Of a stretch of 64,000 nucleotides of DNA, positions 10,041 through 19,835 are shown in pieces. Source of the DNA: Candidatus Latescibacterota bacterium (GTDB taxonomy: Bacteria; Latescibacterota; UBA2968; UBA8231); assembly GCA_965243025.1 (NCBI GenBank), contig CBDETY010000003.1, forward strand, positions 5,632,001 to 5,696,000, given 5' to 3'. A program made the translations under genes and the position numbers. How positions within the stretch are numbered: the stretch's first letter is position 1; each line of letters starts with the position of its first letter. The notes under the pieces were generated by a model that saw nothing but the letters and a program-made list of their open reading frames with translations, made no database searches and was not told the DNA's origin.

Positions 10041-10262
10041 CTACCGGGTGTCGTTGATCGAGTACGGCAGCAGGCCGAGGTAGCGGGCCCTCTTGATGGC
10101 CTGGACGATACGCGCCTGCTGCTTGCGGTTCGCACCGGTTCTCCGCGCAGCTTCGATCTTGCCGTTGGGGCTCAGGAATCTGGAAAGGACGTCGAGCTTC
10201 TTGTAGTCTATGTCCTCCAGCTTGAGCTTGGCGGTGAACTCCTTGCGGCTGGACTTTGCGAT
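10041..10262 (-). CDS. rpsR: 30S ribosomal protein S18 (Cys-free), probable ATC start
   Basis: IDYKKLDVLSRFLSPNGKIEAARRTG...QQARIVQAIKRARYLGLLPY; AAAGGGGA then 8 nt then ATC GCA AAG. Confidence 0.92.
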   Translation of the reverse strand: MAKSSRKEFTAKLKLEDIDYKKLDVLSRFLSPNGKIEAARRTGANRKQQARIVQAIKRARYLGLLPYSINDTR

Positions 10263-10345
10263 TTTTCGAATCCCCTTTGAGAGAAGAGTTGAGCCGCTAA
10301 AACTACCGGGCGAGGGTGCCAGAGTCAATTTCCCGGTCGGGCTCC

Positions 10346-10774
10346 GTGAACGACATCCGCATACATTCCGGCCTCGCGATTCCCGAACGGGAGCTGCGGT
10401 TCGTCTTCACCGCCAGTCCCGGTCCCGGGGGGCAGAACGTCAACCGCGTCAACACCCGCGCAGAGCTCCGCTTCGACGTGCGCAGGAGCCCGTCCCTCGA
10501 GGAGGTGCAGAGAAGCCGCCTTCTGCGCGCCCTCGGCTCCAGGGTTTCCAGGGACGGCATTCTGGCGATCCGGTCATCCCGCTTCCGGTCCCAGGGGCGC
10601 AACCGGGCAGACTGCATCGACCGGTTCGTCCGCGAGATCGCCGAGGCTCTGCGCCCGCCCCCGAAACCGCGCAAGCGCACCCGTCCCAGCCCGGCCTCCC
10701 AGGCCCGCCGAATCCAGCAGAAGCGGAACCAGTCGCTGAAGAAGGCCCTGCGCCGGCGCCCTCCGACAGCGTAA
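10346..10774 (+). CDS. arfB: Alternative ribosome-rescue peptidyl-tRNA hydrolase ArfB (YaeJ)
   Basis: SPGPGGQNVNRV GGQ motif, RSQGRNR, basic tail PKPRKRTRPS. Confidence 0.92.
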   Translation: MNDIRIHSGLAIPERELRFVFTASPGPGGQNVNRVNTRAELRFDVRRSPSLEEVQRSRLLRALGSRVSRDGILAIRSSRFRSQGRNRADCIDRFVREIAEALRPPPKPRKRTRPSPASQARRIQQKRNQSLKKALRRRPPTA

Positions 10775-10826
10775 GGCCGCCGCCCGGCCGGGGCGCAGGA
10801 GGCCGCCGCCCGGCCGGGGCGCAGGA
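10775..10826. repeat. Perfect tandem duplication, 2 x 26 bp (GGCCGCCGCCCGGCCGGGGCGCAGGA)
   Basis: Units at 10775-10800 and 10801-10826; each contains a CGCCC/GGGCG stem. Confidence 0.9.
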
Positions 10827-11016
10827 GGGCACCGGTCCGTTGGCGCGAGCTTCGGTTCGCCTCCGTGGACTGCCCCGCCGATGACTCCCCCCGCCGCGGG
10901 GGCCGCTACCGTCTTCCCGACTCACCGGCGCAAGTGCGCCGCGATTCCTCCTTCTTCGACCTCTTGCCCATCCCCGATTCCGAAATGACTTGCCAAGGTT
11001 GCCCGTCATTGCGAAA

Positions 11017-11034
11017 TTTAACGTTAACGTAAAG
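11017..11034. promoter_or_regulatory. Palindromic operator TTTAACGTTAACGTAAAG (MerR/LiuR-like)
   Basis: Perfect core palindrome ACGTTAACGT in an AT-rich patch just after TTGCGA (11009-11014), upstream of the sigma gene. Confidence 0.45.
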
Positions 11035-11128
11035 GTCATGGATTGAGATCGGCGTCCCGGGAACCAGGTGTCCGGTGGCGCCGTCAAATGAAGACTGTAA
11101 CCGCCCTGGCGGCAGTCAGGAGAGTGTC

Positions 11129-11977
11129 ATGCCTGGAACGAAAGAGCGGGACAAGGTCGAGAACCTCACCGAGATCTACTGGCGCGATATCAGGGACACC
11201 CAGCCCCTGAGCCGGCGGGACGAGGTCGACCTGTTCACCCGCATAAAGCAGGGAGACGAGGAGGCGAGGGAAAAGGTCATTACCGCCAATCTCCGGTTCG
11301 TCGTCAGCGTCGCCCGGGAGTACAAGGATTACGGGCTCTCGCTGCTCGAGCTGGTCTCCGAAGGCAACGTCGGACTGCTCGAGGCGGTCAAGAGGTTCGA
11401 CGAGACGCGGGGGTTCAAGTTCATCACCTACGCCGTCTGGTGGATCCGCCAGGCGATCCTCAAGGCTCTCGCCGAGAACGGAAGGATCGCCCGCCCGCCG
11501 ATGAGCCAGGTGAACGACCTGCAGAAGCTCGAGAAAGAGGCGGGAGTTCTGGCCCAGCGCCTCGGCCGCGAGCCGACCGACATCGAGCTGTGCGAGCACG
11601 TCGACATCAGCTGGGAGCGGACGCGAAACGCCATACGGATTTCGCAGCAGGACCTGTCCTTCGACGCTCCGGTCTTCCCCGACGAGGACACGACCCTGCA
11701 TGCCGTGATCGGGTCGGAGGACGAGGGGGTCGACGAGGCCCTGGACGAGCGCGAGTCGAAACGCAGGATCGCCGACTGCCTCGAGGTCCTCGACGAGCGC
11801 GAGTACCGGATCGTCCGCGACTACTACGGGTTCGGCAACCTGCCGCCGATGACCCTCGAGCAGATCGGCGGAAGCCTGGGGGTCACACGCGAACGGGTCC
11901 GGCAGCTGCGCAACCGCGCCCTGGAAAAGCTGCGCGAAAGCTGCGGGGAAACCCTCGTCCAGCTTTCGGAAAACTAG
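11129..11977 (+). CDS. RNA polymerase sigma-70 factor, RpoD/SigA family (no region 1.1)
   Basis: ANLRFVVSVA, EGNVGLLEAVKRFD, FKFITYAVWWIRQAI, TLEQIG...GVTRERVRQL; AGGAG RBS. Confidence 0.93.
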   Translation: MPGTKERDKVENLTEIYWRDIRDTQPLSRRDEVDLFTRIKQGDEEAREKVITANLRFVVSVAREYKDYGLSLLELVSEGNVGLLEAVKRFDETRGFKFITYAVWWIRQAILKALAENGRIARPPMSQVNDLQKLEKEAGVLAQRLGREPTDIELCEHVDISWERTRNAIRISQQDLSFDAPVFPDEDTTLHAVIGSEDEGVDEALDERESKRRIADCLEVLDEREYRIVRDYYGFGNLPPMTLEQIGGSLGVTRERVRQLRNRALEKLRESCGETLVQLSEN

Positions 11978-13797
11978 GCACTGCCCGCGCTCGCGGGCAG
12001 CAGACCCGGCAGCAGCGCCTCGAGTTGCTCGACCGGCTCGCGCAAGGTCTCGATGGCGCCGCGCCAGAATTCGGGCGACTCCAGGTCGCAGCCGACGGTG
12101 GAGCGCGCCACTTCCTCGGCGGCGGCGCTCCCCGTCATCCGCAGGAACTCCTCGTAGCGCGGCAGGAACCCGGCTCCCTCCTCGCGGAAGCGGGCGAAAA
12201 GCCCCCGGCTCAACAGGAAGCCGTAGGTGTAGGGGAAGTTGTAGAAGGTCACCCCGGTGATGTAGAAGTGCAGCTTCGAGGCCCAGAACAGCGGGTCCTC
12301 GCCTCCCTCGATCAGCAGTCCCTCGAACAGCTCGCGCTGGGTCGAGGCCATCAGCTCCTTCAGGCGGCTGACCGCGACCTCCCCTTCCGAGCGCTCCTCG
12401 TGAAAGCGCTTTTCGAACTCGTAGCGCACCGGGATGTCCGTCAGGTAGACCGCCGCGTGAGCGGTCTCCATGTCGAGGATGCGCGCCTTCTCCCCGTCGC
12501 CGACGCCGGGGTCCGACAGCAGTCCCTCGGTCAGGATCATTTCCGCGAAGGTCGACGCCGACTCGGCGAGCGTCATCGGGTACTGGCGGGCAAGGGGGCG
12601 CACCTCCCTCATGACGTGGCTGTGGAAGGCGTGGCCGGCCTCGTGGGCCAGGGTGCGCACGTCGTTGGCGCTGTCGTTCCAGGTCATGTAGATCCGCGAT
12701 TCCCGCGTCAGCAGCGAGCCGGTGCAGAAGGCTCCCGGCCTCTTGCCCGCCCGCGGCTCCCACTCGATCCAGGCTGAGTCGATCAGGCCGCGGGTGAAGC
12801 GGCCGAGCTCGGGGTAGGCCCCGGCGAAGGCCGAGGTGACCAGCTCTCCCCCCTCGGCCCAGGAGATTTCGGAGGACGTGCCGCTCTCCAGGGGCAGCGG
12901 CGCCTCGAGGTCGTACCAGGCGACCCCGTCCGCGCCCATGGCGTCCGCCTTCAGCCGCAGGACGCGCCGCGGCAGCTCGGCGGCGTCGAAGATCGCCTCG
13001 AACATCGCGTCGAGGCTCTTGCGGGAGGTGGCCGCCTGAAACAGGGCGACGTCGAGGAAGTGATCGATGCCGCGGTGGCGGTTGAGGGTCAGCCGCGTTC
13101 CCGCGATGGCGTTGAGGGCGGCTGCGGCCACGTCCTCGACTTCGGCCCAGGCCCGGTTTCCCCCTTCGAAAGCCGCCTGCCGCACCGCCCGGTCCGGGTG
13201 GCCGGTCAGGGCGCGCCGCCGCGACATCGGCAGGCGCTCGCCGCGGCCGTCCGGCCAGGTCATGTGGAATTCGAGCTTTCCCGACAGGGTGTCGTAGAGG
13301 CGGCCCCAGGCGTGGAGGCCGTCCACCGAGAGGTCGGCGGCGACCCGTTCTTCCCCGGGCGCCATGGTGCGCCGCCCCTGCTCGCGGACGCGGGTCAGGA
13401 AGTGGGCGCAACCGGCGAGCCCGGGCGCCTCGAGGAGGGCGGAAAACTCCGCTTCGCCGGCGGGCGCGAGGCCCCGCTGGAGCTCGACGTCCAGCTTTTC
13501 CGAGCGCGCCTCGATCAGGGCGAAGGCCGCTTCCTCCCTCTTGTACGCCTCGTTGGCGGCATCGGCGGCGGTCAGGCAGCCGAGGTAGGAGCCGAGGTGG
13601 GAGAGCCGCGCCAGCAGCTCTTCGGCGCGGGCGAAGACGGCCGCCCAGGAATCGGTGTTGTCCCGGTCGAGCGGGGCCAGTGCAGCCGCCTCCTGTTCGA
13701 GGGCGTCCAGGTCGCGCTCGAGCTCCTGCTTGAAGCGGCGCATCTCCGGTCCGTCGAAAGCGGGGAAGTAGCTGCCGAGATCCCAGTTCATCGGCAA
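11974..13797 (-). CDS. pepF: Oligoendopeptidase F (peptidase M3B)
   Basis: TLAHEAGHAFH, LAESASTFAE, FYNFPYTYG, GKRPGAFC. Confidence 0.92.
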   Translation of the reverse strand: MPMNWDLGSYFPAFDGPEMRRFKQELERDLDALEQEAAALAPLDRDNTDSWAAVFARAEELLARLSHLGSYLGCLTAADAANEAYKREEAAFALIEARSEKLDVELQRGLAPAGEAEFSALLEAPGLAGCAHFLTRVREQGRRTMAPGEERVAADLSVDGLHAWGRLYDTLSGKLEFHMTWPDGRGERLPMSRRRALTGHPDRAVRQAAFEGGNRAWAEVEDVAAAALNAIAGTRLTLNRHRGIDHFLDVALFQAATSRKSLDAMFEAIFDAAELPRRVLRLKADAMGADGVAWYDLEAPLPLESGTSSEISWAEGGELVTSAFAGAYPELGRFTRGLIDSAWIEWEPRAGKRPGAFCTGSLLTRESRIYMTWNDSANDVRTLAHEAGHAFHSHVMREVRPLARQYPMTLAESASTFAEMILTEGLLSDPGVGDGEKARILDMETAHAAVYLTDIPVRYEFEKRFHEERSEGEVAVSRLKELMASTQRELFEGLLIEGGEDPLFWASKLHFYITGVTFYNFPYTYGFLLSRGLFARFREEGAGFLPRYEEFLRMTGSAAAEEVARSTVGCDLESPEFWRGAIETLREPVEQLEALLPGLLPASAGSA

Positions 13798-14062
13798 TGC
13801 CTGCGGCTGCGCCGGCCGGCGGGGGCGGGCTTGTGGGAGTCAGGTCGGGCGAAGGCTGTCCGGTGCGGGTCCGGCCGGCGGCCGCGTCCAACGCCTGGAA
13901 CAGGTTGATGGCAGCCGGCGTGGTGGCGCTTAAAGTGGCAATAGCCTGGCAAGGCATTCCCTTGCGGCACTGCAGCAGGGTTGACCGGAAAGGGGCGGCG
14001 AAGCTGGAAAAAGCTGCGTCCGACAGTGGGCAGGCGGGCGGAGAAAGCTGCAGCCTGGGGGG

Positions 14063-15949
14063 CTACTGGAACTTGCAGGACTTGATCTCGCGGGAGGAGA
14101 GGCGGACCCCTCCCGCCTTCAGGCCGCGGACCGGGTAGTCGGACACGGCGAAGGACTCGTTCAGCACCCGCAGCCGGGGTTTCGGCTTGTAGTCGACGGA
14201 GACGGTGGCGTCCGGCCGGGTGGTCAGGCGCAGCAGCTTGCACCCCTCCGGCACCAGCTCGTACGAGCGGTTGAGGATGAACTTGTCGATGACGCAGCGC
14301 TTGATGCAGGGGCGGCCCTTGGCGTCGCGGTAGACGAGGTTGAACACCGTGTCCTTGTCGACGAAACCGCAGTGGGCCATCCCCTTGCCGACGAAGAGCT
14401 TGTCGGGTGCGTCGATCACCGAGTACGAGCCGTCGGCGCGGATCACCAGCACGCGGTCGTACCGGGAGACCTCCAACAGCGCCGGGCCGTTCACCTCGTA
14501 GCCGAGATAGCCGCTCCCCTTGTCGTAGGCGAGCTTGAGGTCGCGTTTGGCCGCCTCGCGGACGTCGACCTTCTCGAGGGAGAGAATCTCGGTGCGGCGC
14601 GGAAACCGGGGGCGCTGGTTTTCGATCAGGTTTTCGAGAAAGGCGATCGCGTACGGAACGATGTGGTCGAGGTCGTGGGCGACCTGCTTCAGCCGCTCCT
14701 CGATCTCGCGCGATTCCTTCCTGGCGCGCTCGATGTCGTAGAGGGAGATGCGGCGGATGGGGATCTTGAGCAGGGTGTCGACGTCGTCGCGGGTGACCTC
14801 CCGGCCGATCTCCTCACCGTGCGGCTCGAGGCCGGACAGTACCGCGTTAACGACCCCGTCGGAGCTCTTCTTGTTTTCGATCTCCTTGTAGATCCGGTTT
14901 TCGATGAAGATCCGCTCGATCGTCCTGGCGTGCAGCCTGTCCTCGAGCCGGCCCTGCTCGACCTGAAGCTCGGCCTTGAGGATGTCGACGAGCCGGTCGA
15001 CGTTGTGGCGCAGGATCTCGGCGACCCCCATGACCCGCGGCTTGTCGCCGTCGATCACCACCGGGTTGCATGACAGGGAGAGCTCGCAATCGGTGAAGGC
15101 GTAGAGTGCGTCGACCACCTCTTCTCCGTAGACGCCGCGCGGCAGCTTGATCTCGATCTCGACGTTCTCGGCGGTGTAGTCGTGAATGCTGGAGATCTTC
15201 ACCTTGTTCTTGCGGGCGGCATCCTCGATCGAGGCGATCAGCAGCTCCGTCGTCGTGCCGTAGGGGATCTCGGTGATGACGATCCGCTTGGGGTCGGACG
15301 TGTCCATGCGCGCCCGCACCAGCACCTTGCCGGTGCCGTCTTCGTACTGCGAGACGTCGGCCATTCCCGCCGTCGGGAAATCGGGGAGAAGCTCGAACTC
15401 CCCGTCCTTCATGATGGCGACCTGGGCCTCGAGCAGCTCGATCAGGTTGTGCGGCAGGATGCGCGTCGCCATGCCGACGGCGATCCCTTCGGCTCCCTGT
15501 GCCAGCAGCACCGGCAGCTTCGCCGGCAGGATCACCGGTTCCCGGTTGCGGCCGTCGTAGGAATCGATGTACTCGGTGATCTCCGGATCGAACAGCACCT
15601 CGGAGGCGAGGGGGGACAGGCGGCACTCGATGTAGCGGGCCGCGGAAGCCATGTCGCCGGTGTAGATGTTGCCGAAGTTCCCCTGCCGGTCGATGAACAG
15701 CTCCTTGTTCGCCAGCACCACGAGGGCCGAGTAGATCGAAGCTTCGCCGTGCGGGTGGAATCTCATCGTGTGGCCGACGACGTTGGCGACCTTGTGGAAC
15801 TTGCCGTCGTCGAGCTCGAAGAGGGCGTGAAGGATGCGCCGCTGCACCGGCTTGAGCCCGTCGTCGACGTGCGGGATGGCGCGGTCCTTGATCACGTACG
15901 AGGCGTACTCGACGAAGTTCTTTTCGTACAGGGTGTCTACGTAAGCCAT
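14063..15949 (-). CDS. parC: DNA topoisomerase IV subunit A (short type)
   Basis: DRAIPHVDDGLKPVQRRIL, FHPHGEAS, SAARYIE (catalytic Tyr), GAEGIAVGMAT; no GyrA-box. Confidence 0.88.
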   Translation of the reverse strand: MAYVDTLYEKNFVEYASYVIKDRAIPHVDDGLKPVQRRILHALFELDDGKFHKVANVVGHTMRFHPHGEASIYSALVVLANKELFIDRQGNFGNIYTGDMASAARYIECRLSPLASEVLFDPEITEYIDSYDGRNREPVILPAKLPVLLAQGAEGIAVGMATRILPHNLIELLEAQVAIMKDGEFELLPDFPTAGMADVSQYEDGTGKVLVRARMDTSDPKRIVITEIPYGTTTELLIASIEDAARKNKVKISSIHDYTAENVEIEIKLPRGVYGEEVVDALYAFTDCELSLSCNPVVIDGDKPRVMGVAEILRHNVDRLVDILKAELQVEQGRLEDRLHARTIERIFIENRIYKEIENKKSSDGVVNAVLSGLEPHGEEIGREVTRDDVDTLLKIPIRRISLYDIERARKESREIEERLKQVAHDLDHIVPYAIAFLENLIENQRPRFPRRTEILSLEKVDVREAAKRDLKLAYDKGSGYLGYEVNGPALLEVSRYDRVLVIRADGSYSVIDAPDKLFVGKGMAHCGFVDKDTVFNLVYRDAKGRPCIKRCVIDKFILNRSYELVPEGCKLLRLTTRPDATVSVDYKPKPRLRVLNESFAVSDYPVRGLKAGGVRLSSREIKSCKFQ

Positions 15950-16022
15950 CTCTGTTCAGTCGGGTGGGCGGCGGCCGCTGCCGGCCGGAGAGCCGGCCGC
16001 TGCGGGCCAGCGATGCCGCCTC

Positions 16023-17903
16023 TCAGACGAGGTTCTCCATGATGTACTCGCGGCGCTCCGGGGTGTTCTTGCCCATGTAGAACGAGAGAATGTCAGGCAC
16101 ATTGCCGTTCGCCTGGACCTTCACCAGCCGCATGTCGCCGCCGATGAACTGCCCGAACTCCTTGGGCGAGATCTCGCCGAGTCCCTTGAAGCGCGTCACC
16201 TCGGGCTGCTTCATGCCTGCCAGCGCCCGGTCCCGCTCCTTCTCGCTGTAGCAGTAAACGGTCTTCTTCTTGTCGCGCACCCGGAACAGCGGCGTTTCGA
16301 GGATGTAGAGGTGCCCGGCGGTGACGAGCTCCTCGAAGAAGTTGAGGAAGAACGTCATCAGCAGGTTGCGGATGTGGAACCCGTCGACGTCGGCGTCGGT
16401 GGCGATCACGACCCGGTCGTAGCGCAGGTTGTCGATGCCGTCCTCGATCCCGAGGGCCATCATCAGGTTGAACAGCTCCTCGTTCTTGTAGGTGGCCGCC
16501 TTGCCGCGGCCGAACATGTTCTGCGGTTTCCCCCTGAGGGTGAAGATCGCCTGCGTGTTCGGGTCGCGCGTCGACACGATCGACCCTGCGGCGGACTGCC
16601 CCTCGGTCAGGAAGATCGTCGACTCCCCGCCGTGCCGGTGGCCGAGGTGGTACTTGCAGTCGCGCAGGTTGGGATTCCTGATCTGGATCTTCCGGGCGGC
16701 GTCCTTGGCCTCCTTCTTAACCGCGTTCAGCTCCTTGCGCAGCTTCTCGTTCTGGACGATGCGCGCTTCCACCGTCGAAGCGGCTTCGCGGTTCTTGTGC
16801 AGGAAGTCGACGACCGCCCCCTTGACCTCGTTGACGACCCAGCCGCGCAGGTCGGTGTTGCCGAGCTTGTTCTTGGTCTGCGACTCGAACACCGGGTCGC
16901 GCAGCTTGACGGCGACGGCGCCGGCCAGTCCCTCGCGCACGTCGACGCCGCCGTAGTTCTTGCGGTAGAACTCGTTGACGCCCTTGAGGATTCCCTCGCG
17001 GAAGGCGCTCTGGTGGGTGCCCCCGTCGCCGGTGAACTGGCCGTTGACGAAGGAGCGGTAGGACTCCCCGTACCCGTCTGTGTGGGTGAAGGCGAACTCG
17101 AGCGCCTTCGACCGGTGGTAGGCGGGCGGGTAGGTTTCCCCGTCTCCCACCTCGCGCCTGAGCAGGTCGAGCAACCCCCCCTTGGACTCGAACTTCTCGC
17201 CGTCGAGAAACAGCTGCAGACCCCTGTTGAGGCAGGCGTAGTTCCACAGGCGCCGGGCGAGGAAATCGCGCTCGTACCGGTACTCCCCGAAGATCTCCCC
17301 GTCGGGTGTGAACTCGACCAGGGTGCCGGCCGGCTCCCCAGGGGCCTTCCCGGTTCGCGTGCGGCCGGCCTGGGTGCCGCGCTCGAACACCGCCTCGGCG
17401 TACTTGCCGTCGCGGTAGCTGACGACCCGGAACGATTCCGAGAGGGCGTTGACGGCCTTGGTGCCGACCCCGTTCAGCCCGACGCTGAACTGGAAGACGT
17501 CGTCGTTGTACTTGGCGCCGGTGTTGATGACCGATACGCACTCGACGACCTTGCCGAGAGGGATGCCGCGCCCGTAGTCGCGCACCCGCACCGCTTCGCC
17601 GCCGGCCCCGGACTCGATGGCGATGTCGATCTTCTTCCCGAACCCCATGATGTGCTCGTCGACGCCGTTGTCGATCACCTCCTTGAGCAGCACGTAGATG
17701 CCGTCGTCGGGGTCGGACCCGTTGCCGAGGCGCCCGATGTACATGCCGGTGCGCAGGCGGATGTGCTCGAGAGAGCTGAGGGTCTTGATCTTGCTCTCGT
17801 CGTACGCCGAGCCGGGATTCTTCCTGCCGTTCTTTCCCGAGCCGTTGCCGCCGGATCTGGAGAACGATATCTCGCTCTGAACCGATGTCTTTGTCGATGT
17901 CAT
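16023..17903 (-). CDS. parE: DNA topoisomerase IV subunit B
   Basis: EHIRLRTGMYIG, EVIDNGVDE, DYGRGIP, GLNGVG, TEGQSA, ATDADVDG, RFKGLGE; start approximate. Confidence 0.88.
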   Translation of the reverse strand: MTSTKTSVQSEISFSRSGGNGSGKNGRKNPGSAYDESKIKTLSSLEHIRLRTGMYIGRLGNGSDPDDGIYVLLKEVIDNGVDEHIMGFGKKIDIAIESGAGGEAVRVRDYGRGIPLGKVVECVSVINTGAKYNDDVFQFSVGLNGVGTKAVNALSESFRVVSYRDGKYAEAVFERGTQAGRTRTGKAPGEPAGTLVEFTPDGEIFGEYRYERDFLARRLWNYACLNRGLQLFLDGEKFESKGGLLDLLRREVGDGETYPPAYHRSKALEFAFTHTDGYGESYRSFVNGQFTGDGGTHQSAFREGILKGVNEFYRKNYGGVDVREGLAGAVAVKLRDPVFESQTKNKLGNTDLRGWVVNEVKGAVVDFLHKNREAASTVEARIVQNEKLRKELNAVKKEAKDAARKIQIRNPNLRDCKYHLGHRHGGESTIFLTEGQSAAGSIVSTRDPNTQAIFTLRGKPQNMFGRGKAATYKNEELFNLMMALGIEDGIDNLRYDRVVIATDADVDGFHIRNLLMTFFLNFFEELVTAGHLYILETPLFRVRDKKKTVYCYSEKERDRALAGMKQPEVTRFKGLGEISPKEFGQFIGGDMRLVKVQANGNVPDILSFYMGKNTPERREYIMENLV

Positions 17904-18267
17904 GGTTGCATCTGCATCCAACCCGGTCCGGCCGGGAGAAAGGCGGATCGGGGGGCCGTCGGGCACCTGCGGGGTCCCGCGGATTCTTCGTCGGGCAGGG
18001 GATGGAAAGCGGCGCCACCGGGGAGGTGTCGGGCCGACTCTGCCAAGATAATCACCCTTGCGGATCGGCGCACCGGCAGGGGCGCCGGGCGGATACCGCG
18101 GTTCGCCGGCCTCGCCCCGCGCTTTCCCGGCCGCCGGATTCGCATGCACGGGGGTCCCGAGCATGCGGCCGGGAGGGCAGCTTCCGGGCGGCCTCTCTGC
18201 CGCACAGGGGCTTGTTGATTCGATAACGGCCGCGGGCGCGACCGTGTCAAGCGGAGCTGTTCCGGGT

Positions 18268-19497
18268 CTACCGCCGTTTCCCCCGGTGCTCGCGGTGATG
18301 CGGCGGTCCGTGGTGCTCCACCCGTCCCGCGCTCCTCCCTTTCGGCCTGGGGCGGCCGCGGCGCCGGCGCCCGGCGCCTGCCAGCGACAGGTCCGGCTCC
18401 CGCCCCCGCCAGGTCGGCTCGATGCCGTTGGCGTTGAGCAGGCTCTTCAGGTCCCTGAGATCGCGGTCGGTCACCAGGGTCATGGCGATCCCGGTGCGGC
18501 CCATGCGGCCGGTGCGGCCGGTGCGGTGGGTGTAGGTCTCCGCGCTCCTGGGGAAGTCGTAGTTGATCACGTGGCTCACGTGGGTGAAGTCGAGCCCGCG
18601 GCCGGCGACGTCGGTGGCGATCATGTACTTGATCTTGCGCTCGCGGAAGCGCGTGAAAAGAGACGTGCGGCGATCCTGCGTCAGGCCGCCGTGGATGATT
18701 TCGAGCGATTGCAGGCGCCTGCGCAGGTCGCGGTGCAGGTCGCTGGCCTTGTCGCGGGAGTTGCAGAAGATCAGCGCCTGCCGGATCCCGTCCTCGGTGA
18801 GGACGTTTTCGAGGGCTTTCATGCGATCGCGGCCGGTGTGCAGGAAATGGTGCTGCAGCGACTGCGGGGCCTGCTGCTCGCGGTTGAGCTCGACGCGGAC
18901 CGGATCGCGCTGGAAGCGCTTGGCCAGGGCGTCGATCTCGGGCGGCATGGTCGCCGAGAACATCAGCGTCTGGTGTTCCTGCAACAGACAGGACAGGATG
19001 AAATCGACGTCCTCGATGAACCCCATCTTCAGCATCTCGTCCGCCTCGTCGAGAACGACGGTGCGGACCTGCGTCAGGTCGAGCCGGGTGTTCCAGATGA
19101 AATCGATGAGGCGGCCCGGCGTCGCCACCAGGACCTGGACGCCGTGGTTCAGCTTGGCCTTCTGAATGCCCATGTCGAAACCGCCGAAGACGGCGAAGCA
19201 GACGGCGCCGGTGTGGCGGGCGAGGGAGTCGAGCTCCTGGACGTACTGGAGTGCAAGCTCCCGCGTCGGGACGAGTATGAGATACTGTATCGCCTGGGTC
19301 TCGGGATCGGCGGCGTTGACGATCGGCACGCCGCAGGCTGCGGTCTTGCCGGAGCCGGTCTCGGCCAGTCCCAGGAGGTCGCTCCCCTCGAGAATGTGGG
19401 GGATGGCCTTCTCCTGGATCGGGGTCATGTCGTCGTACTCCATCTCGGCGAGGGCCTTGTGGACTTCCGGCTTCAGGTCTGTTTCGGTGAACTTCAC
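18268..19497 (-). CDS. DEAD-box RNA helicase
   Basis: AETGSGKT, PTRELA, DEAD, FSAT, HRTGRTGR; AAAGGAG RBS before GTG 19497. Confidence 0.95.
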   Translation of the reverse strand: MKFTETDLKPEVHKALAEMEYDDMTPIQEKAIPHILEGSDLLGLAETGSGKTAACGVPIVNAADPETQAIQYLILVPTRELALQYVQELDSLARHTGAVCFAVFGGFDMGIQKAKLNHGVQVLVATPGRLIDFIWNTRLDLTQVRTVVLDEADEMLKMGFIEDVDFILSCLLQEHQTLMFSATMPPEIDALAKRFQRDPVRVELNREQQAPQSLQHHFLHTGRDRMKALENVLTEDGIRQALIFCNSRDKASDLHRDLRRRLQSLEIIHGGLTQDRRTSLFTRFRERKIKYMIATDVAGRGLDFTHVSHVINYDFPRSAETYTHRTGRTGRMGRTGIAMTLVTDRDLRDLKSLLNANGIEPTWRGREPDLSLAGAGRRRRGRPRPKGRSAGRVEHHGPPHHREHRGKRR

Positions 19498-19835
19498 GTG
19501 GTGGTGATACTCCTTTGCAGTGTGGATATGCGAGCCCGCACCGTGGCGAGGGACTGTCTGCTTCTTTGGGTTCGAGGAGGTTGGAAACTGCCGCAAGAGG
19601 CGGCAACCAGCTGACGTCTGCGGTGGGAGGCCTTTAAAATACGAACAGGGACCGGACCGGTAAAATGCGCCGGGGTGAGTTGGCGGCTGGTGCAAGGGGC
19701 AGACCCACAGTCACCGGCGCCGCTCTGAAGAACCGGGTTCGGGCGGTCCGACTGTTCCGGATGCCGGCGCGGAGGCCGGTGCAGGTTCACCGCTTCCCGG
19801 GATTCGGGAGCGGAAGTCCCGGCAGGGTCCGGTCC

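Noticed and set aside
11084-13957. 957-aa minus-strand ORF and many other long overlapping ORFs (e.g. 48803-51952, 55185-57713, 16311-18218)
   Set aside because: Shadow ORFs of high-GC genes: Arg/Pro/Gly-rich or antisense to well-supported genes, with no motifs
18215-18250. TTGACA on the minus strand upstream of parE
   Set aside because: No acceptable -10 at 16-18 nt spacing
19500-19700. Structured leader of the DEAD-box helicase
   Set aside because: Plausible, but no known motif is recognisable without a covariance search
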